A program made the position numbers and the translations under genes. The notes beneath the pieces were generated by a model. The model saw only the letters and a program-made list of their open reading frames with translations, did not search any database and was not told the origin of the DNA. This document shows, piece after piece, positions 56,179-64,000 of a stretch of DNA of 64,000 bases (positions are counted from its first letter, which is position 1; each line of letters opens with the position of its first letter). Source of the DNA: Candidatus Latescibacterota bacterium (lineage in GTDB: Bacteria > Latescibacterota > UBA2968 > UBA8231); the NCBI GenBank assembly GCA_965248265.1, contig CBDFJF010000001.1, positions 960,001 through 1,024,000 on the forward strand, read 5' to 3'.

Positions 56179-58146
56179 TTGTCAGGTAAAACAGAGAGGG
56201 AGTCGGCGACAGGAGTGACGCCGCGCTCATTGGTCATCGGAGCTGGACTCAGCCTGTTGATCGGAGTGGGCGAGCCTTACGGTTCGCGGGTCATCATGGG
56301 CAGCCATATGAGCTCATTGAATGGTCCTGCCGCTTTCTTCCTGTTCTTTGTGTGGGTGGGTGTTGTCCAGGTCCTGTTAGCAGTCATCCACCGCAGGCTG
56401 GTCCTGGGCAAGGCGGAGTTGCTGACCATTTACCTCATGATGGTCGTGGCCACGGCGTTCTCGGGTGGAGAGCGTAACGGATTCACCTTTATGCTGTTGG
56501 GGTCCGTTGCCGGAGTATTCTACCTGGCGAAGCCGGAGAACGACTGGGCGGAGCGAGTTCATCCCTACGTAGCGGATTGGATGGTCCCCCACGACGAGCT
56601 GGGGATCCAGTGGTTCTTCGAGGGGATGCCGGATGGCGAGTCCATTCCTTGGGACATGTGGCTGCCGCCGCTGCTGTGGTGGTTGGTGTTCATGGTGGGG
56701 TTGTGGACGGTGAGCATCTGCACGATGGTGATTCTCCGTCGCCAGTGGGTGGAACACGAGCACCTGATCTATCCTATCACCAAAGTGCCTCTGGCGATGG
56801 TAGAGCCACCATCTGGCGGTTCGTTGGTGGCGCCTTTTTTCAAGAGCCGCCTGATGTGGGTGGGATTGCTGCTGACGTTTGGTCGGGAGAGCCTCAACGC
56901 CCTGAACCACTACTTCCCCTTCGTTCCCGTGATTCCGAGACACCTGGGACAGGTGTCACTGCTGCGACGCGTCGCCAGTGTAGGCTTCTCGATGAATCTG
57001 ATGATCCTGGGGTTTGCGTATTTCCTCAAACCGGACGTGATGTTCGGGATGTGGATATTCTACATCCTGCGACGCCTGGAGGAGGGTGTACTGACCTTGA
57101 CGGGGGCGGGCATTGGAGAAGATCTGTCTGGTTTTGGCGGTGGCGGCGGCGTTACAGGAGTGCTGGCCCATCAGACCATCGGGGCCATGATCGCACTGGT
57201 GCTCTTCGGGCTCTGGATCGCCCGGGGGCATCTGCGGAACGTGTTTCGGAAGGCGTTCAGAGGGGATGCTTCGGTGGACGATTCCGACGAAGTCATGTCT
57301 TACCGGACAGCCGTATGGGGGGTGATCCTCGGCGTGGTCGTGATGAGCGTGTGGCTGTGGCGTGCGGGGTTGCCACTTTGGGCGGGGCTGCTGTTTCTAT
57401 TTGGCGCCCTGGTGACCTTTACCAGCCTGACGCGCATCATCGCGGAGGCGGGGTTGCCGATGGTGTTTCCCCGAAACATCCCCCTGGACTTCGTGATCTC
57501 CGGGATCGGGACGCGGTACATAGGGCCTTCGGGAATTGGGGCGCTGGCGCCGACGGTGATATGGACGGAGTCTCTGGCGAGCACGATGATGGCGCATGCC
57601 GCCACGGGGTTGAAGCTGGCCGGGGAGATCGCCTATCGCAAGCGCTGGATGTTGTTGGCGCTGGCGATCGCTATCGGGGTTTCCGCGGTCAGTACGTTCT
57701 GGATGTCGATGTCGATAGCCTATCGGGAGGGGGGAATCAATATAGCTGGTTCCATGAGCTATCTTCCCAACTATACCTGGGATTATATGGCCCGGCGAGT
57801 CGACGAGAATGCGGGACCGAACTGGCTCGGTTGGCTCATCCGGTTGGCGGGGGGTGGGGTGATGGCGAGTCTTCTGATTTTGCAGCGCCGGTTCCTGTGG
57901 TGGCCGCTACATCCTCTTGGATTTGTGGTCAGTATGGATAGGGTAATGGATACGGCTTGGTTTCCGGTCTTTGTGGCCTGGTTGATGAAGTCGGTCCTTT
58001 TGAAGTATGGTGGCCTCAACGCCTACCGCTCGCTCATTCCTGTTTTCTACGGGTTGATCCTGGGTCAGTTCGTGGCTGGAGGATTCTGGCTGATCGTTGA
58101 CTATTTCACCGGGATGATGGGCAATTCAATAACCATGGACTTCTAG
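56179..58146 (+). CDS. DUF6785/DUF6784-type multi-pass membrane protein
   Basis: RRQWVEHEHLIYPI, RIIAEAG, WWPLHPLGF, W..KS..LKYGG, F.GLILG. Confidence 0.78.
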   Translation: MSGKTERESATGVTPRSLVIGAGLSLLIGVGEPYGSRVIMGSHMSSLNGPAAFFLFFVWVGVVQVLLAVIHRRLVLGKAELLTIYLMMVVATAFSGGERNGFTFMLLGSVAGVFYLAKPENDWAERVHPYVADWMVPHDELGIQWFFEGMPDGESIPWDMWLPPLLWWLVFMVGLWTVSICTMVILRRQWVEHEHLIYPITKVPLAMVEPPSGGSLVAPFFKSRLMWVGLLLTFGRESLNALNHYFPFVPVIPRHLGQVSLLRRVASVGFSMNLMILGFAYFLKPDVMFGMWIFYILRRLEEGVLTLTGAGIGEDLSGFGGGGGVTGVLAHQTIGAMIALVLFGLWIARGHLRNVFRKAFRGDASVDDSDEVMSYRTAVWGVILGVVVMSVWLWRAGLPLWAGLLFLFGALVTFTSLTRIIAEAGLPMVFPRNIPLDFVISGIGTRYIGPSGIGALAPTVIWTESLASTMMAHAATGLKLAGEIAYRKRWMLLALAIAIGVSAVSTFWMSMSIAYREGGINIAGSMSYLPNYTWDYMARRVDENAGPNWLGWLIRLAGGGVMASLLILQRRFLWWPLHPLGFVVSMDRVMDTAWFPVFVAWLMKSVLLKYGGLNAYRSLIPVFYGLILGQFVAGGFWLIVDYFTGMMGNSITMDF

Positions 58147-58219
58147 CCGAGATGCCGACCCCGGGGATTGCGGATCATCATTTCCCTGACACTGGCGACA
58201 TTGTTTGCGTCGTTGGGAA

Positions 58220-58675
58220 TTAAGGCAGCTGCATTCGGAACATGAAAACGAACATTGGCGGCATCATTCCCATCATCATCATCATCATCCCGATCATCTT
58301 CGGCCGCCGCGTCCAGCTCTCGACCACATCGCCAAAGCGGCTGTCAATCCCGAGCTGGGCTTGCCACGACAGTCGGACGAGGTCTCCGAACAGCAGAATC
58401 GTTACCATGGCGATCACTATCGCATCCATCGCCATCTTCCATCGACTCAACAGAGCCAGCAGCTCGACCGCCGTGTATCCCCAGACAGTGAAGGCAGGCG
58501 GGGCCGGGGTCAAAACCGCGTGGGCCCATCCGTCGGGCATGGCGAGCATGACGAGGCCAACGGCCACCCATGGCGCACCTCGCCAATGCAGTTTTCGCGC
58601 CGTCCAGACCAGGCAGGCCAGAACGAGAGAACTCGCACCAACCGCCATTATCGTTGCGACAGCTTCGGTAACCAT
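58220..58675 (-). CDS. Hypothetical membrane protein with Met-rich tail
   Basis: Three hydrophobic segments; C-terminus MIGMMMMMMGMMPPMFVFMFRM from a (ATG)6 repeat. Confidence 0.4.
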   Translation of the reverse strand: MVTEAVATIMAVGASSLVLACLVWTARKLHWRGAPWVAVGLVMLAMPDGWAHAVLTPAPPAFTVWGYTAVELLALLSRWKMAMDAIVIAMVTILLFGDLVRLSWQAQLGIDSRFGDVVESWTRRPKMIGMMMMMMGMMPPMFVFMFRMQLP

Positions 58676-58870
58676 CTCGCACCGCCCCTCTTGGGTTGCG
58701 TAACCCCTACCGGTTCATGCCGAATCGCATTCCCCGTGGGTTTGATTATTTTTTTTTGCGATTTGCAGAGTCACCGTAGGGTACGTAGATTCGGAGGAGG
58801 CACCAAACAGGCGATCATAATCCGCTCGCGACATTGCTGTTGAGATCTCTCCAAACGACCAAAGGTCCCG

Positions 58871-59386
58871 ATGCGATTCTGGATAGACACCGAGTACGAC
58901 GACTCCGGTGACCGACCCGTGCTGATCAGTCTCGGCGCCGTTGCGGAGGACGACCGCGAGTTCTATGCCGTCTCTACTGATTTCAGTGTGGAAAGCGTCA
59001 AGCCCTTCGTCAGCGAGAACGTACTCCCCCACCTCCCTCCCCGAGACTCGCCAGCCTGGCAATCCCTTACGGGTATTTCCAAGGCCTTCCTGGAGTTCGT
59101 TGGCGATGGTCCGGCTGAGTTTTGGAGTCTCATCGCCACCTATGACTGGTACCTGGTGACCAATGAATTGCTCGGTGGCCTCGACTACCTGCCTGAGAAC
59201 TGGAACTTCGAATGCTGGGATCTGTACCAATGGGCTTGGCGCATCGGTGCGTCGGAGGTTTATCCTCGCCTGCAACCCTCTTTCGAGGATTCCGATGAAC
59301 ACCATGCTCTGGCTTGTGCACGGCTACATCGGCGTATCTACGAGTACCTCGTCCAGTATGAGCGTGACCACCAACCCCTACGTTGA
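58871..59386 (+). CDS. DEDDh 3'-5' exoribonuclease (Rv2179c/RNase AS-like)
   Basis: FWIDTEY, LISLGAVAEDDREFYAVS, YDW, HHALACAR (last Asp replaced by Cys). Confidence 0.82.
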   Translation: MRFWIDTEYDDSGDRPVLISLGAVAEDDREFYAVSTDFSVESVKPFVSENVLPHLPPRDSPAWQSLTGISKAFLEFVGDGPAEFWSLIATYDWYLVTNELLGGLDYLPENWNFECWDLYQWAWRIGASEVYPRLQPSFEDSDEHHALACARLHRRIYEYLVQYERDHQPLR

Positions 59387-60348
59387 CACACCGACGATCC
59401 CCCGGCCTGAAAGCAATTATGGACAAACTACCTCCTCGCGAGGTCCTGTTGGCGACGCTGACTGAGCATTGGGGCGTGCCGCCGAGGTCCGTGAAGCCAT
59501 GTGCCAAGTCTCGACGACTTCTTGAGATTGAAGGCCTGGGGTTCGCCCGCGTGGTGTTCGCACGGGGTCCGTTATCGGCTACCCAGGTGGTGGAGCTGGT
59601 TTCCTCTCTCGGTCAAGTCGGGTGCGCGGCGCCCGGCATCGTTCGAACAACGGCCGGGTTGCTCGCATTCGAGCTCGGGGAGGTCTCCCTTGCCGTGGAG
59701 GAGCTCCTTCCCGGCGTGGAATGCTCAGCAAGCACTCTTGGTGTACTGCCACTCGTCGGGGGCGAGTTGGCCCGGATCCACGAGGCGGTGTCTGGTTGCC
59801 AAGGAGCCCCCGGCGAGACAAGGCCCCTCGCTCCATGGGTTGAGGAGAAGATCGGCAAGGCTCTGGCGCAGGTTGACGCCCAACAGCTGTCAGCGGTCAA
59901 GGAGCTTCAGGCAGCCCTGCCCGATGACCTCAAGCAACTTGCTGTGCCGTGGGGTCTGACCCATGGAGATGTACGGGGACCTAACGTGCTTTACGATGGC
60001 CAGAATGTGGGTTTTACTGACTTCAATCCGCGGTACGTACCTCTCTTATGCGACGTCGCGATGATCCGGAACAAGTGGCTCATGAATGGCGTCATCCAAA
60101 ATGAACGACCGTTGACACTGGTGGAGATTTCCAACTTCATGAAGGGATACTGCCAGGTCAGGCCACTGACCCAGGCCGAGCGTGTTGCCTTTCCCGTGAT
60201 TTGGGCAGTTTACCAAGCGGATAGGCTTTTCCAAGACCAACGCATCGTATCCAAGTTCGACTCGGCAAGGAAGTCACGGTGGCCCATTGAAGAGCAGATC
60301 GCCGCTCTCCCGGAGGAGATTGCACGCGCACGACTGATCCTCGGTTGA
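59383..60348 (+). CDS. Phosphotransferase (APH / type II homoserine kinase-like)
   Basis: GELARIH, THGDVRGPNVL, FTDF, RPLTQAE; start may be ATG 59419. Confidence 0.78.
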   Translation: MTHRRSPGLKAIMDKLPPREVLLATLTEHWGVPPRSVKPCAKSRRLLEIEGLGFARVVFARGPLSATQVVELVSSLGQVGCAAPGIVRTTAGLLAFELGEVSLAVEELLPGVECSASTLGVLPLVGGELARIHEAVSGCQGAPGETRPLAPWVEEKIGKALAQVDAQQLSAVKELQAALPDDLKQLAVPWGLTHGDVRGPNVLYDGQNVGFTDFNPRYVPLLCDVAMIRNKWLMNGVIQNERPLTLVEISNFMKGYCQVRPLTQAERVAFPVIWAVYQADRLFQDQRIVSKFDSARKSRWPIEEQIAALPEEIARARLILG

Positions 60349-60393
60349 GCTTTCGCCAAACCCCTTCGCGGTTCGGGACCTTACGGACGTCAT

Positions 60394-61113
60394 ATGACAT
60401 TGAAAATGAAACTTCTTCTGATCTGGGCGACTCTTGGCTTCCTTGTGGTTAGTCGGGCTGGTGCCCAACAGGCAGATTTTTGGCCGTTCAAAATCGGTAA
60501 CGTATGGGAATATCAACATATCGTAGGAGAAACCGAGTACTCAGAGAATGGCGAAGAGCCCCAGGTCGTAATAGTGAACCAAGTAATTCTCAGCATAGAT
60601 GCTACCGAAGTGATCGATGGCAAGACATACTTCCGCTTCAACAACGGTCAATTGCTCCGCAAGGATAACGCCGGAAATGTCTACGAGTACCTGAACCGAT
60701 TTGCCGATACTGAAGAGGGCGATTATCCCATACTTGATTTCTTCACCCCTCCAAATCACGACACCACCCATATTCAACAAATACCCTATGCGCTTTTCCC
60801 CCCTACACTGGGTCGACCCATTGGCATGTGGCCTCAGCAGCGCGATTGGGTGGAGTCACCCCTCCGTCCCATTGTCATGCCTTTGGGCACCTTCACGGAG
60901 TATTTCATATTCGGATATAGTCTTGGAGTGGCAGAGACCTATGCTTATCTATTCGCCGATGGAGTAGGTCTGATCTCTTCCTTTCAGGGAAGCGATACCC
61001 CGGTGCTCAATCGCTATGAGTTAATCAGAGCTACAATTGATGGAAAAAAACATCCAACGCACGTGGAATCATCAAGCTCGTGGGGAGCGCTCAAGCGACT
61101 GAATAGAGAGTAG
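60394..61113 (+). CDS. Secreted hypothetical protein with C-terminal SWGALK motif
   Basis: Signal peptide, FWPFKIGNVWEY, FADGVGLI, ends PTHVESSSSWGALKR. Confidence 0.72.
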   Translation: MTLKMKLLLIWATLGFLVVSRAGAQQADFWPFKIGNVWEYQHIVGETEYSENGEEPQVVIVNQVILSIDATEVIDGKTYFRFNNGQLLRKDNAGNVYEYLNRFADTEEGDYPILDFFTPPNHDTTHIQQIPYALFPPTLGRPIGMWPQQRDWVESPLRPIVMPLGTFTEYFIFGYSLGVAETYAYLFADGVGLISSFQGSDTPVLNRYELIRATIDGKKHPTHVESSSSWGALKRLNRE

Positions 61114-61371
61114 ATGGCGAAACGCGATGGTGGTATTCCAGCGTGAGCGGCTCAGCCGTCGACGCCACCGGCGCACCACGAGACTGTTGTCGCCCTGGTC
61201 GAGCAGACCAGGCCGGGCAGCAGGTTCTCTGAGATCGATCCCCCGCCACTGAGACATGTGCGCCCGCCGCTGACTGCGAAGCCGATGACGGCTCCCCAGA
61301 TGGCTGGAGCGGTCACACCAACAACCGGGTTGGGGCCGTGCATAGGGTGGGGAGAGGGCGAGCGCTGCCAG

Positions 61372-64000
61372 TCATGGCGCTCTTCTGGGTAGATACGAAA
61401 CCCTCAGCGCCTGCTTCAACCAGACTCCGAGATCGTCCATCAGGCAATACAGGGTCGGTGCCAGCACCAGCGTGAGCAGGGTCGATGTCGTCAAGCCGCT
61501 GACGACGACCAGGCCGGTGGGTCCCCAGCGTTTGGAGAACCCCTCGGCGGTGCCGTAGATCATGGGGATGACGAGCGGCAGGAGATTGAGAATCGTCGTC
61601 GCTGCGGTCATCAGGATAGGCCGTAGCCGGTGTTGTCCTCCCAGCAGGATCGCCTCTCGACGCGACAACCCCTGAGCGCGCAGACGATTGATGTGATCGA
61701 TGAGGACGATGCCGTTATTGACGACGATGCCGAAGAGGATCAGCAGGCCCAGGGTGCCGTTGTCATCGAATGGGATGTCCAGAGCGGAGAGCCCCAGGGC
61801 CACACCGATCAGGGAGAACGGGATCGCCAGCATGATGGTGAAGGGATACACCAGCGACTCGAACAGCGAAGCCATGATGAGATATATGAGCAACACGGCG
61901 AAGAGAGTCGTCAGGGTCGTATCTTCCTCATCCTCCCGTTCCCACCAGCGCTCGTTCGTCCCCAGTTTCCAGGAGTAGCCAGGGGGCAAATCTATCGAGT
62001 CTATCATTTCTTCGACCGGCTCTTTTAGTTGCGTGGCCTGCTCCTGAGTCGCCGTGTTGGCGAACATCGTGACCTTGAGCCGGCGATCGACTCTGTTCAG
62101 ACTCCATGGCGCGGGGCGCAATCGAAAGTCAGCTAGAGACGCCAGTTGAATCGGCTGTTCGTCACGACCCCGAAAGGTACTGCTGCGCAGCTGGTCGATG
62201 GACTCACGGTCGTCCTCGTTCAACTGCATGACGATGTCGATTTGCCGGTTGTCGCCGTTGAACCCGCTCGCCCTCCGGGTCCCGAAAGCGGCGGCGATAC
62301 CCGAGGCCACTTCGCCGGTGGATAGACCGTGGCTGAACACCCTTTCCCCATCCACGTCTACCTGGATCTCCTCCCTGCCGTCCTCGAGGCTGGTGGTGAC
62401 GCCTTTCACCCCTGGCATGCGCTGCAATTGGTCCGCAATCTCGTCCATGAACACGGCCAGCACGTCCGGATCGCGTCCGTACAGCTCCACCTCTACTCCG
62501 TGGGTGTTTCTCCACGACCAGCCCGCCTTGTGGGTGTAACCCACTTTTTCGGGCAGCACCGCCATGATGGCGCTGGCCGCTTCCGGCGTGGTCAGACGAC
62601 CGTCGTCGGCATCGACCAGATAGACATGCATGCGGCAGACGCGCTGCTGGATGTCGGTGACGAGGTACTCGATGTCGAACTCGGCCTTGTTCTTCAACAA
62701 CCGTTTTTCGATCTCTGCGAAAAAGGCCATTGAATCCTCGAGATCGTAGCTGCGATCCACGAGGGTCGTCGTGGTCACGCGACGCTCGCGCTGCCACGGG
62801 CTCCCCTGGTGCTCGATTCCCTGGTAGAGATAGTATCCCGTTCCCGAGAGCCCCAGGGTGGCCGCCAGCACAACCCAGCGGTGGTCAAGGGTCCATCCCA
62901 GTAGTCTCGCGTACGAGCTGCGCAGTCCGTGGCGGCCGGCGACGACCCAGATCGCCACCAGGGCCAGCGCCGCGATGGCGAATCCGAGCGCCGAAGTCCA
63001 CTCCATGCCCTTGATCGAATCGCCTATGAGCCTGAGCCAGCGCGCCCACCACAGCGAAAGCGTCCTGCCACCCACCGTTTCCAGCTTGTACCACACGAGC
63101 CCGCCGATGGCGGCGACGATGGCCAGCACGATGTAGCGGTCGTAGCGCTCGATCCCGTCCCTGAACAGGCGCGACGCCGCCAGCGGCAGCAGGGCGAGCG
63201 CAACCACCATCGACATGAGGACGGCCAGGCAGATCGCCATGCCCGCATCGCGCATCCACAGTGCCGAGCCACTATTGGAGAAGAAGAAGAACGGCACGAA
63301 AACGCAGGTCGTTGTGAGGCAGGAGGCGAGCACCGCCAGGCCGACCTCGCGACCGCCGACCAGAGCCGCTTCATCCGCATTCTTGCCCCCCTCGTGACGG
63401 TGGCGGAAAATGCTGTCCAGGGCGACTACGGCCGGATCCACGAGCATCCCCACGGCGAGCATGAGTCCGATCATCGTCACCATGTTGAGGCTGACCTCGG
63501 ACCCGAAGACCTCACGCGCCACGTACAAACCTACGAACACACACAGCGCCGACGTCGGGATCGCCAAGCCGACTATGACGGTGGCGCGAATGCTGCGCAT
63601 AAAGACGAAGATGACCGCCATCGCCAGCAGGGCGCCGATACTGGCGGTGTTCACGAGGGTATTGACTTCGCGGGATACGCGAGCGGCGCGGTTGCGGACT
63701 ACCGCGAAATCGATCTTGCCGGCGTACTCCTCCTCGAAGCGCTCCAGCGCGTCGACGAGGGTCTCACCCACCTCCACGATGTTGGCCTGGTCCGTCTTGT
63801 AGACCATGATCTCGGCCGATTCTCTCCCGTCGAGGCGCTCGTACCTCGTCTTCGCGGGCAAGCCGTAGACGACGTGGCCGATATCGCTCAACCGCAGCCG
63901 GCCGCCCTGCAACGGCAGATCACCGATCGCCTCCGGCTCTTGAAACTCGCTCAGCAGCCGGGCCAGGTAACGCGTGTCCCCCTCCCTGATCCTGCCCACC
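61372..64000 (-). CDS. RND efflux permease (AcrB/AcrD/AcrF family), 5' end outside window
   Basis: GMLVDPAVV, ASLFES..YP..IMLAIP, GIVVNNGIVLID, RLRPILMTAATT, SGLTTSTLLTL. Confidence 0.92.
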   Translation of the reverse strand, partial: VGRIREGDTRYLARLLSEFQEPEAIGDLPLQGGRLRLSDIGHVVYGLPAKTRYERLDGRESAEIMVYKTDQANIVEVGETLVDALERFEEEYAGKIDFAVVRNRAARVSREVNTLVNTASIGALLAMAVIFVFMRSIRATVIVGLAIPTSALCVFVGLYVAREVFGSEVSLNMVTMIGLMLAVGMLVDPAVVALDSIFRHRHEGGKNADEAALVGGREVGLAVLASCLTTTCVFVPFFFFSNSGSALWMRDAGMAICLAVLMSMVVALALLPLAASRLFRDGIERYDRYIVLAIVAAIGGLVWYKLETVGGRTLSLWWARWLRLIGDSIKGMEWTSALGFAIAALALVAIWVVAGRHGLRSSYARLLGWTLDHRWVVLAATLGLSGTGYYLYQGIEHQGSPWQRERRVTTTTLVDRSYDLEDSMAFFAEIEKRLLKNKAEFDIEYLVTDIQQRVCRMHVYLVDADDGRLTTPEAASAIMAVLPEKVGYTHKAGWSWRNTHGVEVELYGRDPDVLAVFMDEIADQLQRMPGVKGVTTSLEDGREEIQVDVDGERVFSHGLSTGEVASGIAAAFGTRRASGFNGDNRQIDIVMQLNEDDRESIDQLRSSTFRGRDEQPIQLASLADFRLRPAPWSLNRVDRRLKVTMFANTATQEQATQLKEPVEEMIDSIDLPPGYSWKLGTNERWWEREDEEDTTLTTLFAVLLIYLIMASLFESLVYPFTIMLAIPFSLIGVALGLSALDIPFDDNGTLGLLILFGIVVNNGIVLIDHINRLRAQGLSRREAILLGGQHRLRPILMTAATTILNLLPLVIPMIYGTAEGFSKRWGPTGLVVVSGLTTSTLLTLVLAPTLYCLMDDLGVWLKQALRVSYLPRRAP

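Overview
A GC-rich bacterial chromosome segment. The gene content (C-terminal TWGxIK-type motifs, FlgD/T9SS-like domain, many glycosidase-like and phytanoyl-CoA dioxygenase proteins, DUF6785-type membrane protein) suggests Ca. Latescibacterota/Poribacteria-like or a related FCB lineage; this is inference. It is mostly accessory carbohydrate/detoxification genes and gene remnants. Main results: (1) at 26561-27897 a sigma70 promoter drives a leaderless Gln-rich leader peptide (MRNSRLQRQQQQQQRIQSSLGQRPSMY) and a terminator/antiterminator switch, ahead of two tRNA-Gln genes (CUG, UUG) that both carry C33 instead of the near-invariant U33, followed by a GNAT acetyltransferase. This looks like a Gln-tRNA-sensing attenuator controlling atypical backup tRNAs. 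(2) Two integron cassette arrays without an integrase in the window (about 3817-10484 and 49562-53045). They include GAT-core cassettes, an invariant mismatch at position 11 of the paired cassette ends, and two near-identical IS481-family copies inserted 8-9 bp upstream of attC sites. (3) A second leader-peptide attenuator upstream of a RIO1-kinase/methyltransferase operon. (4) A large pseudo-M28/FtsX-like plus OPT-like membrane system. All calls come from reading the sequence; no searches were run.
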